Positions 25,533-37,444 of a DNA stretch of 64,000 bases are shown one piece after another. The notes beneath the pieces were generated by a model. That model saw only the letters and a list, made by a program, of their open reading frames with translations. It did not search any database and was not told where the DNA came from. How positions within the stretch are numbered: position 1 is the stretch's first letter; the number at the start of each line of letters is the position of its first letter. Source of the DNA: Psilocybe cubensis (lineage: Eukaryota); assembly GCA_017499595.2 (NCBI GenBank), contig CM039004.1:3348001-3412000 (forward strand). Direction: 5' to 3'. The translations under genes were made by a program, and so were the position numbers.

Positions 25533-26243
25533 CTATTCATCCCAGCACACCTTGATTTGAACTACTTGGTTCCTGTCTACACGGACATGGACCTCATGTC
25601 CACTTTCGTGTGGACCAACTGAAAGTAAGCATACCATTGTGATGAGATTTTATTGGTTTTGCTGAAAACAAAAGCCACTCACAAATAAACCCCCCGGGAA
25701 TGACACCACCCAGATCCGCAAATGCACTCGTGGCGTTGTCGATTCCCACTTCTTCAAACTCTTGCGCGACTTCAAGGCCCAGGATGCAGCCAACGGTCGA
25801 ATTAAAATATTCCTCGTGTACCTTCCTCCACTCTAAGCCATCCAAATTCAGTGGGGAGACGAGAGGTTCTTGAGGCAAAGAGCCGTAATCGATATGCCCC
25901 TCAGATACCCACGTTGCGCAGAACGGAGCTTCTTCACTGCCAGAGCTCTCCAACAGTACCCATATACCAGGTTTGGCATTATATATGACTCCATCCCGGT
26001 CTCCTCTGGCTGCTCCAGTGATCAGCTCTCGCATTTGGTCGCTTCCGACAACAGATCCAATCTCGAAGATGATGAGTGTACGCGAATTTCCCACCTTCAT
26101 CGCATAGCCCACACTTTTGAATGAGCTGAAACGGGAAGTATAATGAGGAAACCACTCACTTCGAATATCCGGCTTGCTGTTGAAGCATTCAGTTTGCTGA
26201 CTGTTTCTGTCAGGGATGTCTCCCATTCGTCGTACGTGACCAT
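25533..26243 (-). CDS. Hypothetical protein Y, 193 aa, convergent with the NLR
   Basis: Phase-consistent model 26243-26160, 26094-25683, 25618-25533 with GTGAGT donors and a CACCATGG start context. Sequence: MVTYDEWETSLTETVSKLNASTASRIFE|VGNSRTLIIFEIG...YNAKPGIW...GGVIPGGFI|FGPHESGHEVHVRVDRNQVVQIKVCWDE*. Confidence 0.6.
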
Positions 26244-27383
26244 GGTGTTTGATGAAAATAGGTACGTCAGGAGCCCCTGAGCCCAATGAAAAGCGGTCCT
26301 GGGAAATTAGAATCCCGCCACCTCAAGCAATCCTGTGCCACGTTACGTATTCATAGGCCATAGAATTCTATGGTATCAACAAGGTCAGGCTGAAGCTCGA
26401 ATAATACGCATGAAAGTTTTGTGACGTTGTTGGACGTCTCGAATTTTATAGAAAGTTTGGGTAAACATACTTAGTACAAGTTTATACGATTATACAACAA
26501 CAACCGCCATGGTGCCTCTAGAAAAGCAGGCTTACGCGCATCTATAGTCATGATTTTGCCTGATGGGATATCGGCACAATATATTTCAAGGTTATATGGG
26601 TGTCTCTTTGGGAAAGATCGACAGTGTGATTCCAGAAGGGCGACAAAGGAGTTTACAGGCCTGTGTGGGACGATGGAACTCCAAGGCCAAGAGGTGAGGT
26701 AGAATTGATGTTGGCGGGTCTCACTCATACTTCTCACAAGTATCGTTACATCATGAAAATGATGGCCTAGTTTAATCGTATCTGATGGAGAAATCTACCA
26801 TCAAAAACAAGAACACTTTGTAGCGATCTGATGTTTAGCTGAGGTACAATTTCCACCGCACCTGGCTGAGAGCTATGGTAGAGTATTTCCAGGCAGTAAA
26901 TAATAATTAGGACTTTGGCGGGCTCACCTACGATTATTTCTAGGTTACTTGGCACTATTGAATATTTATCTTCATTCAGTGTCATCGACTCGCATGAGAG
27001 TTGCCATGTGCCCGATCATGATAATCAATGGAACTGGGCGTAAATTATTGCACTGACTCGGCGATCTTATGATTCAAGCAAAGCTGGGAAAGTTAATCCA
27101 AATTTTGACAAGTACCGCTTGGTACGCGTTCTGATCGCTGTACCTTTATATACATTAATTCTCACTGATATTATTTTGTATTTAGGTCTTGACAGGAATA
27201 ATGAAAGTTATTATTATTTTGTTGAATACTGCGACACAATGCGCAACTACTTTGATGCTCATCATATGGCTCTACACTGCATGCATTTATAAAATCACGC
27301 TAATCCTTTCCAATCTCTCAGAATGGTACTTAAACTGCATCGCGTCAGATACCAGGATCGTTGTACTTGTTCAAACCGTCAAC

Positions 27384-29078
27384 ATGGCTTCATTGCCCCC
27401 AATCCCCGCTAACATCAGCATCATGTAAGCCATTTTTCCAGGACGTTTGTCAACCTCCTTGAAGTTATACAGAACTAATATCTCGTCATAGGGCTGGGCC
27501 TCCCGTGAGAGAATGTTCAGTATATGATATCTAAAAACGCCCTGAACTCCTCTATGCAGCTCATAGGAATCAATCTCAACTGGGGATTGATGGGTATTCT
27601 ATTCGTCCAACTGTGTTAGCATTGCTGATATCCTAGAAAAATTACAACTGAGTGTAGGTCTGCAGACATATATGGATATTCATTTCCAAATGATCCTAAA
27701 TTTATCAAGAGTCTTGGTGAGCAATATACCCTCAGGCATTCTCGTAAAAACTTATCGTTTGGTTGCAGTGTTTGGGCTGGGAGTGCTTGAGGCTATCCAG
27801 ACAATTTTGGCGACGTTGGATGGATACCACTGGTTCGCTGCTGGGTTCGGAAACGTGCTTACCTTAAACGAGCCGTACATCTCTGCATTTGATTCCCCTT
27901 TCTTGGACAGCATCATATCTCTGGTTGTTCAATTCTTTTTTGCATATAGAATCTGGGTGTTGACGAGATCGTACCTTCCGGTCGCCGCTGTTGTGCTTGT
28001 ACGTTCCTTGTTTCTGAAAGTGCAGACATGTACTCATAGTTCAATATGAGGTATCAATGGTTGGATCAGGGGCCGGAATGGCAGTTGGAATTCAGGTATT
28101 CGAAAGTGGCCATTAAATTGACATTTCTCATGTGTATACTAGGCACATGTCAGTGGGAAACTATCAGATATATCGAAACACGTCGTTGCAGGGAGCGTTG
28201 AGTGGAATTTTTGCTACATAGGTCATACATAGAGAACTGACCTTGGCTTACAACAGATGTGGCTTGCTGGAAGTGCGTTGGCGGACACAATGATCGCGGT
28301 GATCATGGTGACACTGGTTCTTACACCTTTCGTTTAATATATTCTAGATTATGATAAACCTTTTATCAGCTTCTGAGATCACGAAGCACCCTTTCCAATA
28401 CAAATCATACAATTCTTCGTCTGGTACGGATCACAATAGAGACAAATTCACTCACTGGTATGTCTTCCGCTAAATATTTTATTTTATAATTTGCCTGATA
28501 TCCCGAAGCTGGAGTTGCAGTCCTTTCTCTGATACTCTTCTTGTCGTTCCGGGTAAAAATATTTTGAACTCTCAAGGCCGTCGTTGTCCTAATGTCTGCG
28601 AATAGGACCAGCCGACATTGAATGTCCCATCGTAAGAATGCGCTACCATACTGAGGCACAATATCTTTAACGACCACCTACAGAGCTTACGTGCTAGGAA
28701 AACTGTACACAAATACATTTTTGGCGATGCTCAATAACCGACTGTTGATCGCTAAGGACGCAAAAGGGGTCGTATCGAAGTTCGAATGGACATTCGCAGT
28801 CCTACCAGCAATGAACACCACGGCACTTTTGTCGGCAAATAGTACCAAGAAGTCCTCTCGACAACACATCAGCGTTGAAATAATACAAACACAGACATTA
28901 TCTGTCGACCCCGAAATGGCTATCCCTCTCGACGAGCTGGTAGCTACTGCTCCACACCAATCTCATAGTGGATGATGATAAATATGGATTTTTTTAGCAC
29001 AAGGGAGATTCACAAACAGTATTCGGTCGACAGGGGTGTAGTTGTGTATTACTTAGCCACACACCCACTGATGTTTGA
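27384..29078 (+). CDS. DUF6534-family multi-pass (7TM-like) membrane protein of Agaricomycetes
   Basis: About 13 exons including a 13-nt micro-exon (27492-27504). Family motifs: AGPPLIGINLNWGLMGILFVQLYIY..FPNDP.FIKSLV, HWFAAGFGN, SLVVQFFFAYRIWVL, W.AGSALADTMIA, ILRLVRITIETNSLT and LGKLYTNTFLAMLNNR. The last exon (28998-29078) is inferred from the paralogous fragment. Confidence 0.88.
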
Positions 29079-32000
29079 TGGCCCCAGATTGTAGGAGCAT
29101 CATTACCTGGATCTCCACAATCCATTCTCTACAATTTCCAGGAGCAAGCCCACCCTGGATATGAATAATATTGATTCCGTCACTAGACCGTGGGCTATAA
29201 TTGCTACATGAATTATATTATTGACTAACGAAATCAAATTGACGTCTTTTTATGGAGCTCGGAAACAGATATTGCACAATGTGTTCCGAGGCAAGTACCG
29301 GCTTATTGACCTGAGTGAAGAGTCTCAAAGGAATGGATGTACATTAGTATACCACTTCGCGAAGATGGCCAGCGAGCAGACGCAGAAAATTCTTTTATTA
29401 TTCAGGCAGTCGTCAAATAGATCTTTTCAAAATATTAGATGATGTTTGGTCTGCTACTAGCAGAGTGCGAGGCGGGTCCACCCACCAGTAGACCTAGGCA
29501 TTTGGACCTTATCCTAGACAGTGTAATAAATTGTGATTTTCGGATGTATTACCCTAGAAGCAAAACATCACATACAAGCATGTACGCACACAGAAATCAT
29601 GGCAGAACGTGGCATGAGGATTGACCGGTGACCCCCAACGCTTGCCCAACGCGCAACTTACAACGTTGTGACCAAGTTGTGACGGCGGCATTTCATTGTG
29701 GATGCCGAGCCATCACGGCACTGTCACGGCAACGATAACGATATTCTAGGTATTTTATTGCGTTTGTACTAATACAAGGTGTGGCCAGAATACTGTGGAA
29801 GTTTGACCTCGAATAGATAAGTTTTATCCAGTCTTTCTGAGGTTTTCAGTGTGCCGGGACTCGTGACTTCCCACGCCCAGTCACACATGTCTGTACACAA
29901 CAAGGGCAAACATACTGCTCCTTTCTCCCTCATCCACTTTCATATCAATCTTGTCCCACAACATCAACGACTGGGAACAATTGGGTACGATGAGATATCA
30001 GACGTTGATTATCCCAATCCACCACATCCAGCAGTAGAAGAAATCTCTTTTCCAACCCAACGTTATGCACATAAACTCAAGATCATTCCTCAAGGCCTCA
30101 GGATGCATGCAAACCTTAAATCGCCGACACAACACCAGGCCACCCTTGCAACAGTGGCCCCTCCCCGCCTTATTTATCTTCCAACCGACTGGGTTCCCTC
30201 CCTCGTTCTTCCCAACACTGCTTGAAGTTGACATATTCCTTTAGATGTGAGGGTTCCAGTGGTACTATACCTCGGTCGCTTGATGAGGTTCTGTAAGATG
30301 TATTCGAGGTGGCAAGCAGGGAGAGGGAGGAATTGACATGAGGATTGTGTTCGGTGGTAGAAAAGTCCGAGTGCGATCGAGACATCGAGTGAGTTTTTCG
30401 AACTACCAACCATTGTCCTGCTCCCCTCTTATATTACAGTGTTTACCACTATCCCACCACCCAGTTCAAAGCATCCAAGACGCGGCTACGTTACTACCTA
30501 CTCGGAGGCTCGCTGCTTTGCACAATCCCCCATCTTTCCCCAGGCTAGGTATTTCTGAAGCATGATGAACACACGACCCAGCTTTCGTTTAATGATGGAA
30601 CGGTGTCATTTAATTATGGAACGGTGTCACCGTTCTGCTACTCCTGGATGAAAAGGAATACGAAGAATTTGCGCACGGAGGCATACCACATCTCGCCATC
30701 AACATCTCTCGTCCATGAAATTGTGCCCCCACACGAACCAGCTCTAGCTTGGGCAAACCCCTGGGACGGTTTGTGCAAGCCTTCTCCAAAAATACGACGA
30801 CTAATTGAAAAATTGCGTGTATATCCAACTTCACTTTCCAGGTCGGCTCGGCAGACTCTTATCTGCCTTCCTATGTGTCGTTCCCATCTGCATGTCATCC
30901 GCGCTATTCTGTGACCTATGGATCAATTCTTAGGCTGCGCACGGATGCTTGGTTATTTTTTTCTTGGCCTGGGTCTACTTATCATCTAGGCAAAACTGCT
31001 CTACAGGTCGTGCCCATTCCACGAGGGTAATCTGGGCCTAATTTTGGTGTACCAATACCGCGCGCAAGGAACATCATAAGTACGGGCGGAGTGTAACTTT
31101 CAAGAAGAGACCATGGACCACCTTTGAGCGTTGTATCTCGCACCCTCGTGCCACCTCTACTTTAGAAGGATTGCTGCGTAGCCGCTATTCCGATGAGCAT
31201 CATTCACTTTGAGTTTCTGAGAACCCGATACAATGTCATCATTTGGGTTTCGGATACAACACTCTCCGGAGCACCACCAAGACTCAAGATCATGAAAGTT
31301 TTGATACCAATGCATCACTGACTACCTTGAGGACACTGGCCTCTTTGTAAAAAAATTTCAGGGTTTGTTACATTCTGTCTCTCATTCTTGAAAATGGAGT
31401 CGAAGCTGAAGATTTAAGCTCACGTCGACGTCTGGCAGATGCATTTATCTAATTTCTCTGCATTGTCTGGTATCACGACAGTTTGCTGTTCATGTCTTTT
31501 TTGTAATGATCATCGCTCGTACATTTAGAAGAATTACTACCCGCACTATACCCACATGCAATGGAGTGGAAACTACACAGTGGTCGCGACTTCAACATCT
31601 AGAAATGTTAGATCATTATGTCAAGGCGCTGCATGTGCGTAATTCGGAACCGCGGTGATGTGTCTGTGAAAGACTCTCTTACACATACTTTGTGCTACAG
31701 TTAACCTGTATAACGCCTTGAAATCGAATCGCCAACCCAAATATCAACTACACTCTCCAGTACACCCAAGATGGGCGCCTGTGAGACTATGATAAATGGT
31801 CAATAATTGTTTTATAAATTCGGAATAAAAAGTGATAGAGTAAACCTGAAGGTATTGCCTTACGGTTGCTTTACAGGACGCCGACGTACGTTTATTTGTT
31901 TCCGGCACAATCACTCTGCGAGACGGTAAAAGATCTCCAATTAGAACATCATGGAGGTTCCAATGCGAAGAATCTAATTATAATAAGCAGTGTGTGAAGT

Positions 32001-32630
32001 ACCGCGGGCAAGCAGTTATGCTTGCAGTCGGCATACGGTTTGTCCTGTATGTTGGGCCTGGCCGGTCTCCAATGGTGGGCTTGATTACACCGCACAACTT
32101 TGTCGACCGATACACACCTTTTGTGATGTGCCCTAGGCACGGCGCGGTTGTTTCCCCCTTACTATTCAGAAAATTCGAATATCATTGACAATATTTTCAT
32201 TAGCATGTTGGTGGACTCTAGCGGAGCCTTTACAGCTCAATCAGCTACATAAAGCACTTCAATTCTGGGAGTTGAAAAAATTTTATGCAAGGTTAACACT
32301 CTGTACTTTTCCTCACACGCTGCCTTCACAGTCATTACTTTGTATCCGGTGTTCTGTAAGGCCTTTCCTAATTATAGAAATCAATTTGTTAATTAATCAA
32401 CACATCACCGAGATTGCGCGCCGTCGTGTCGAGCTCTTACTATTTTCTATCTTTGAAGGCTTGAAAGTCTATGTCCAGTCGAATTCCAGTCGTACAGCTG
32501 AAATTCCTGTGTACATGAAGCCAGGGAGTATGAGTACGCCGAGAGATCCATGTCGAAGTAACGCATGGGTCGGTCTCTAAGCATCGGTGGTCTTAGAACA
32601 TAATAATGATCTGAGATTGGGGAGCAGCAG

Positions 32631-32790
32631 TATATAAGCTCCCTCTTTTCTGGACGACATTCAACACCTTACAGTACTACACTTAGCTCCACAGCGCAAA
32701 ACAGCTTTTATTTAACACACTCAGCTTCACTCTCCAGGTAAGTGAAGTGTTCAAACTTCTCCCGTTAATTGCTAATTATATTATCGGTAG
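32631..32790 (+). promoter_or_regulatory. TATA box (32631) and 5'-UTR intron (32738-32790) of the CVNH gene
   Basis: TATATAAG, then CAG|GTAAGT...GCTAAT...GGTAG|CAACATG. Confidence 0.65.
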
Positions 32791-32794
32791 CAAC

Positions 32795-34357
32795 ATGAAC
32801 TTTTTCGAGACCTGCGAGAAGATCACCATCACCAAGGGCGTACTTACCGCTGGGTGCAAGAAGGCCGACAAGAAGACCACTGTCCATTCTTCCATCTCCC
32901 TCAACGACTACATTGGAGTCACTGACGGCAAACTCACCTGGGGAGGCAGGGGCTTCAGCCACCATGCAGAGGATATCAGCGTCCACAATGGTGTCCTTTC
33001 TGCCAAAGTCAGGTTTGGCGGCAAGGTCGTTGAAAGCAAGCTCGATTTGAACCTCTACATTCACAACCAGGATGGTGCATTGGCAATTATTCCAGTCTCT
33101 GAACTGTGAGCCCAAGCCCCATTTAATGTTATCCGTATACTGATTGTATCTATTAGGTCTGGAAAGCATCTTGCAGCACCTACTTTATCTCGAGGCATCT
33201 CCATGGCTAGCGTCTCCAGCGTCGCTAGTGCTACCAGTGCAAACAGCATGTTCTCGGCTGCTTCTGCCACCTCGACTTCAACCTCTGTCTCCACAACTTC
33301 TGTCACAGAGACCAAGTCTTCTTCCTCGTACAATGCATTTTCTTCTACAAAGTTCCGAAGGTGGGCATTGATTCCTCACCAGTCCAACGGCATCTCTAAC
33401 GTGTTTTATTCCCACAGTGAGAGTCAACTCTTATTGATTGAAGAGACATGCACCAAGCTTGAGCTCAAGGGCACCTTCCTTCATGCCGAGTGCCGTCGTA
33501 TCGATGGGTCCGTCGTCCACTCTAGCATTGATCTTAACACCATCATTGGATTCTTTGAGGGACACCTTCAATGGGACATCGAAGGATTCAGCACCCACTG
33601 CTTCGATTATACCCTCGACGGATTCTTCTTGGTCGTCAAATACAAGGTTCACGGTGATCAACACAGGGTCGCTCGCATCGACCTCCGCACCCGCATCCGC
33701 AACTCCAACGGTGTTCTTATAGTCGTCGAGCTCAACAAAAAGCTTTCTGTTATGCTCAGCGAGGTCCCCTGGATGAAATTCAAGGTCATCGCCGAGCCTG
33801 ATCTCAGCGTATTTGCCAACCACCCCGTCATGCGCCAGACGCTCGTCAGCATTGCAGAGTCCACCGTCGAGCACGTCACCGTTGAGATGCACAAGATGCT
33901 CACTGTCGCAATGGAGACTGCTATAACTGCCATTACGGCCTCTGCCATGAAGCACGTCTCTGCTCAAATGGAAACATTGGTGGCAGATGTTGCTGGACAC
34001 GCTAGCGCCAGTGCGTCGATTACCGCCGCTGAATCTCTCCACCTCTATGGACTTGGCCAATACTACTCGTCTGCCATTGGAAATGCATATGCTTATGGGG
34101 GTGGATTAAATGGTCGTGCTCACTACGAGTCTCATGGAAGCCTTCACGCCGGTGGAGGATTAAACGGCAGTGCTGCCCTTTACGAGGCTAGCGGAAATAT
34201 TCTTGTCGAGGGCCGCGAGGCTCATGGAAGCCTCCGCGCCGCGGGCCACGCTGAGTCTCGCGAGAGCTTCCACTCTGAAGGTCGCATCGTCGAGATCAGC
34301 AATGGTAACAGCCACGCAGAGACCGCAAAGCACGCCAAGATCACTCTTTCCGTCTAA
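32795..34357 (+). CDS. Tandem CVNH (cyanovirin-N homology) lectin with no signal peptide, ~484 aa
   Basis: Exons 32795-33105, 33157-33360, 33418-34357. Domain 1: FFETC..I.I..GVLTAGC...SSISLNDYIGVTDGKLTWGGRGFSHHA...SKLDLNLYIHNQDGAL. Domain 2: EETC...L.GTFLHAEC...SSIDLNTIIGFFEGHLQW..EGFSTHC...RIDLRTRIRNSNGVL. A Ser/Thr linker separates them, and a helical region and Gly/His-rich tail follow. Confidence 0.88.
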
Positions 34358-34837
34358 ATGCTTTCTGAAATGTGAGAGGTATCTTTTTCATACAACCGTT
34401 CCTTTAGATTCCAGTGCTACTTGTTATGGACGTATCGAGTAAAAGTTGATTACTTTGCGATTACTTTCATTTTATTCACTACTCACACTGAGTCCGTCGT
34501 TCTTTAACTTTTTATACACTATATATGTCAGTTATTATCATTCATACCACTTTGGAATACCTCTTTGAATGCATTTAATTGACCTGATCATAGAAAATTG
34601 ATGTTTTCTTACAGTTCTATCTTGGCGTTGGATTAAATTTGTGGTACGCGCATATGTATACACGTGAGTAGTATTTGTGTTCGGGCTTACCTTGACGTCA
34701 GCTTTGACCTATGTATATTGACTCCTCGACTTGTATGGTTATGACTAGCCCATTAGGATCGAGTCTTTTCGTGTTCCGCACTCATCGAGCCTGATTAATT
34801 CTTTTCAAATTCGACCAGGAGGCCGGAACATCAAGAA

Positions 34838-35499
34838 GGTATAAAAGTTATTGCCCTTTTCCCTTCCATTCCCTCATACCACGACCATCGCTTCACAGCG
34901 AGCCCCAGTTTATCTCACACAATTTTCCTCGAATAACACTACGCTTCTCTCTTAAAAGGCATTAATATGCTCGATGAATAACATTTTCCTGCCTCGGACG
35001 ACCAGGCATCCGAGGCAAATAGCTCAATGCTCTCTCGTACTTGGTGTGCATAGGCATCCGAGGAATGGTTGGCGCCCTGACCGTTGTTTTGGTACGTATT
35101 CTTGTTACATCGGTTTCCAACGTACATTAGTTGACCTTTTGTAACATTAGGCGAGAATCGTCCGACAACCCCTTGCTAGATGCTTTTTGCAGTGGCTAGC
35201 GGTATCTTGGATACTTCCAAAATGTCTCTAGCGGTCCAGATCTTGGGCTTGCGATGTCACTTGGGGTGATGCACGAGATGCTAGCTCAAACCACCGCCAG
35301 AACCATCCCATGCCTCAGCCTTCTTGGATGTTTGTTTCACACCACCATCATGAAAACAATGATTGGCCCTAGAGGATTCTCTGTTGACGAGTCCGTCATG
35401 AGCGACGATATTTTCGTCTTGATCATGATGTCGATTCACAAAAGTCACAGAGATGATTCTACTTCAAGGTCACTTCTCCATGAGTCGTTGTTTTTGTGA
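34838..35499 (+). pseudogene. Decayed spliced transcription unit in duplicate B (product unknown)
   Basis: GGTATAAAA box and an intron at 35092-35150 at the same position as in copy A. ORF 35254-35499 is homologous to 13922-14140. In-frame stops lie upstream. Confidence 0.4.
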
Positions 35500-35726
35500 T
35501 GGCTTGGTACATTCAACTAGCTGGCTAGTCATCATCAACATGCTATTGTGGACTTTACCAGTGAGTTGTTTAACTTCAAGGGAGAGAATGACAACTAATT
35601 TTCGCTATACTACAGTCTATTTATCATCCATACTCGTTGAAGACGAGTTATGCCATTAATTCGAAAGAAATTGTTCTTGGTGGACGCTTTTACGGTCACC
35701 AATCATCCGTAGAAATGGTCTATTGG

Positions 35727-35836
35727 TCTCCCTCTCCCTCTCCCTCTCCCTCTCCCTCTCCCTCTCCCTCTCCCTCTCCCTCTCCCTCTCCCTCTCCCTC
35801 TCCCTCTCCCTCTCCCTCTCCCTCTCCCTCTCCCTC
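35727..35836. repeat. (CCCTCT)n hexamer array, ~18 copies
   Basis: Visible directly. Confidence 0.95.
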
Positions 35837-36418
35837 GGATTTCTGTTTCTTGCTCTTGTCTCCATGTGTTTCTGTCTCGTTCCCGGTCTCGTTCTCGTTC
35901 TCGGTTTGTGCCTCGTGTTTCGGTTCTCGTTCTATTTCTCCGTTTGTGTCTGGTGTTTCGGCTCTTGGTCTGCTTCTCGGTCTCGGTCCCGTTGTCAGTT
36001 TACCATAAAATCTAGAATAACCCGGCCTCCACCTGCTCTTTACCAGTAGTACTGTACTATACTCTAGTTAGGCTTACGATAGAAGCATGTGCACGCCATG
36101 AAAAAAAATCGAAAAAATTTGGGCCCTTTGGGCTTTGTAATCTGTTGGGTGCTGTACAGCTTCTGTGGAGTTGATTATTGATATAATGTTATTACTTGCT
36201 CCACCCGCGAATCTATAGCTACCTAACATCCTTCTATACTCAGCGAGATGAACGCACACATGCGAATTGCCGTCCTCTCAATGATCCCGGCGCCTACCGC
36301 TCGCGCTGATATTTGGGGCGGAGATTCATTTACGTGTAAAGCCAGAATGTCATTAATATTATCGCAACCATCCTTATCATCCAACAGCGATTACACCCAT
36401 TGCGGTTGTTGTTAAACC

Positions 36419-37444
36419 ATGAGTCGGACACCCTGGACAAAGCAAACCTCATCTTTCCCTTCGGATAAAATCAAACCCAAACAGTCTCCGAGCGCAACCC
36501 AGTCCAAAAATAAAGGAAAAGGAAAACAGCAGCGCGATGACGAGCCGCCTAAAAGCAAGCCCGTGCGTAAGCTCGAGAAGCTACTCTCAGGGTTAAGAAA
36601 GAGCAAGCTTGATGAAAGGGACCTGAAAGGAGGGTGTTTCTGTCTTGGTGCGTGAAATGCTCTATTCATTTACGTTTGATTCGAATTCACAATGCACACA
36701 GCTCGTACGCATGAGCTGTCTCCGTACACGCCGTTGTGTCATTCGTGCGGGCTCATTTTATGTTCCATGAACGCGCCGTACTATGCATGTCCACACTGTA
36801 CTCAACCTCTTATCACCGCTTCCTCTTCACCATCCTCATCACGATCAATATCGCGGGACGTTCTCGTTGCACAAATCGAGGCCGACTTGGAGTCCACTCT
36901 TGCGGCAGAACAGGCAGCGCGAGAACGGGAGATAGAACAGGCCAGGATAGAGGCTGGCGCATTCCCGATGCTTCGCGGCGGAAATGGATCCGGGTCTTCG
37001 TCACCCTCACCTGCAGCGAACAGGATGTCGTCTGCATCGGCCCCACCCTCACGCCAGTCTCAACCTCAATCCCAGACGCACAAAGTCATGTCCCTCACAT
37101 CTAAACCGGGAAACTCGCGTGGTCGCGTGGTAGTTTCCTCATATACCACTGTTAACACGTCTGTGCCTTCTCGGCCCAGTTCGCGCAATGCCAACGCAGA
37201 CGATTTGGAAGAGGGTATGCCACTACGAGTACCAGCACCTGTTCCATTACCAGCGGAAGCGGCGCCTCCGCCAACTAAAGAACGACCCTGGATGAATTAT
37301 GTTCATGGACCGGTGAAGTACAAGCCACCGTTGCGAGTTGATGATGATAACGGTACTGTCGCTGGAGCGTCATCGTCCAAGAGTAGGAGGGGTAAGGGGA
37401 AGGGGAAATCTGACCATGCTGGGACGATAGGAAAGGGATTGTGA
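36419..37444 (+). CDS. C2HC5 zinc-finger protein (zf-C2HC5; ASC-1/TRIP4/Rqt4-like), copy B, 323 aa
   Basis: Exons 36419-36647 and 36702-37444. Motif GGCFCLARTHELSPYTPLCHSCGLILCSMNAPYYACPHC. Intact and closely similar to copy A. Confidence 0.85.

Noticed and set aside
29850-31450. Short ORFs suggesting a retroelement relic
   Set aside because: No RT, integrase or gag motifs are recognisable.
35637-36049. Poly-SP / poly-SL / poly-ER ORFs
   Set aside because: Artefacts of (CCCTCT)n.
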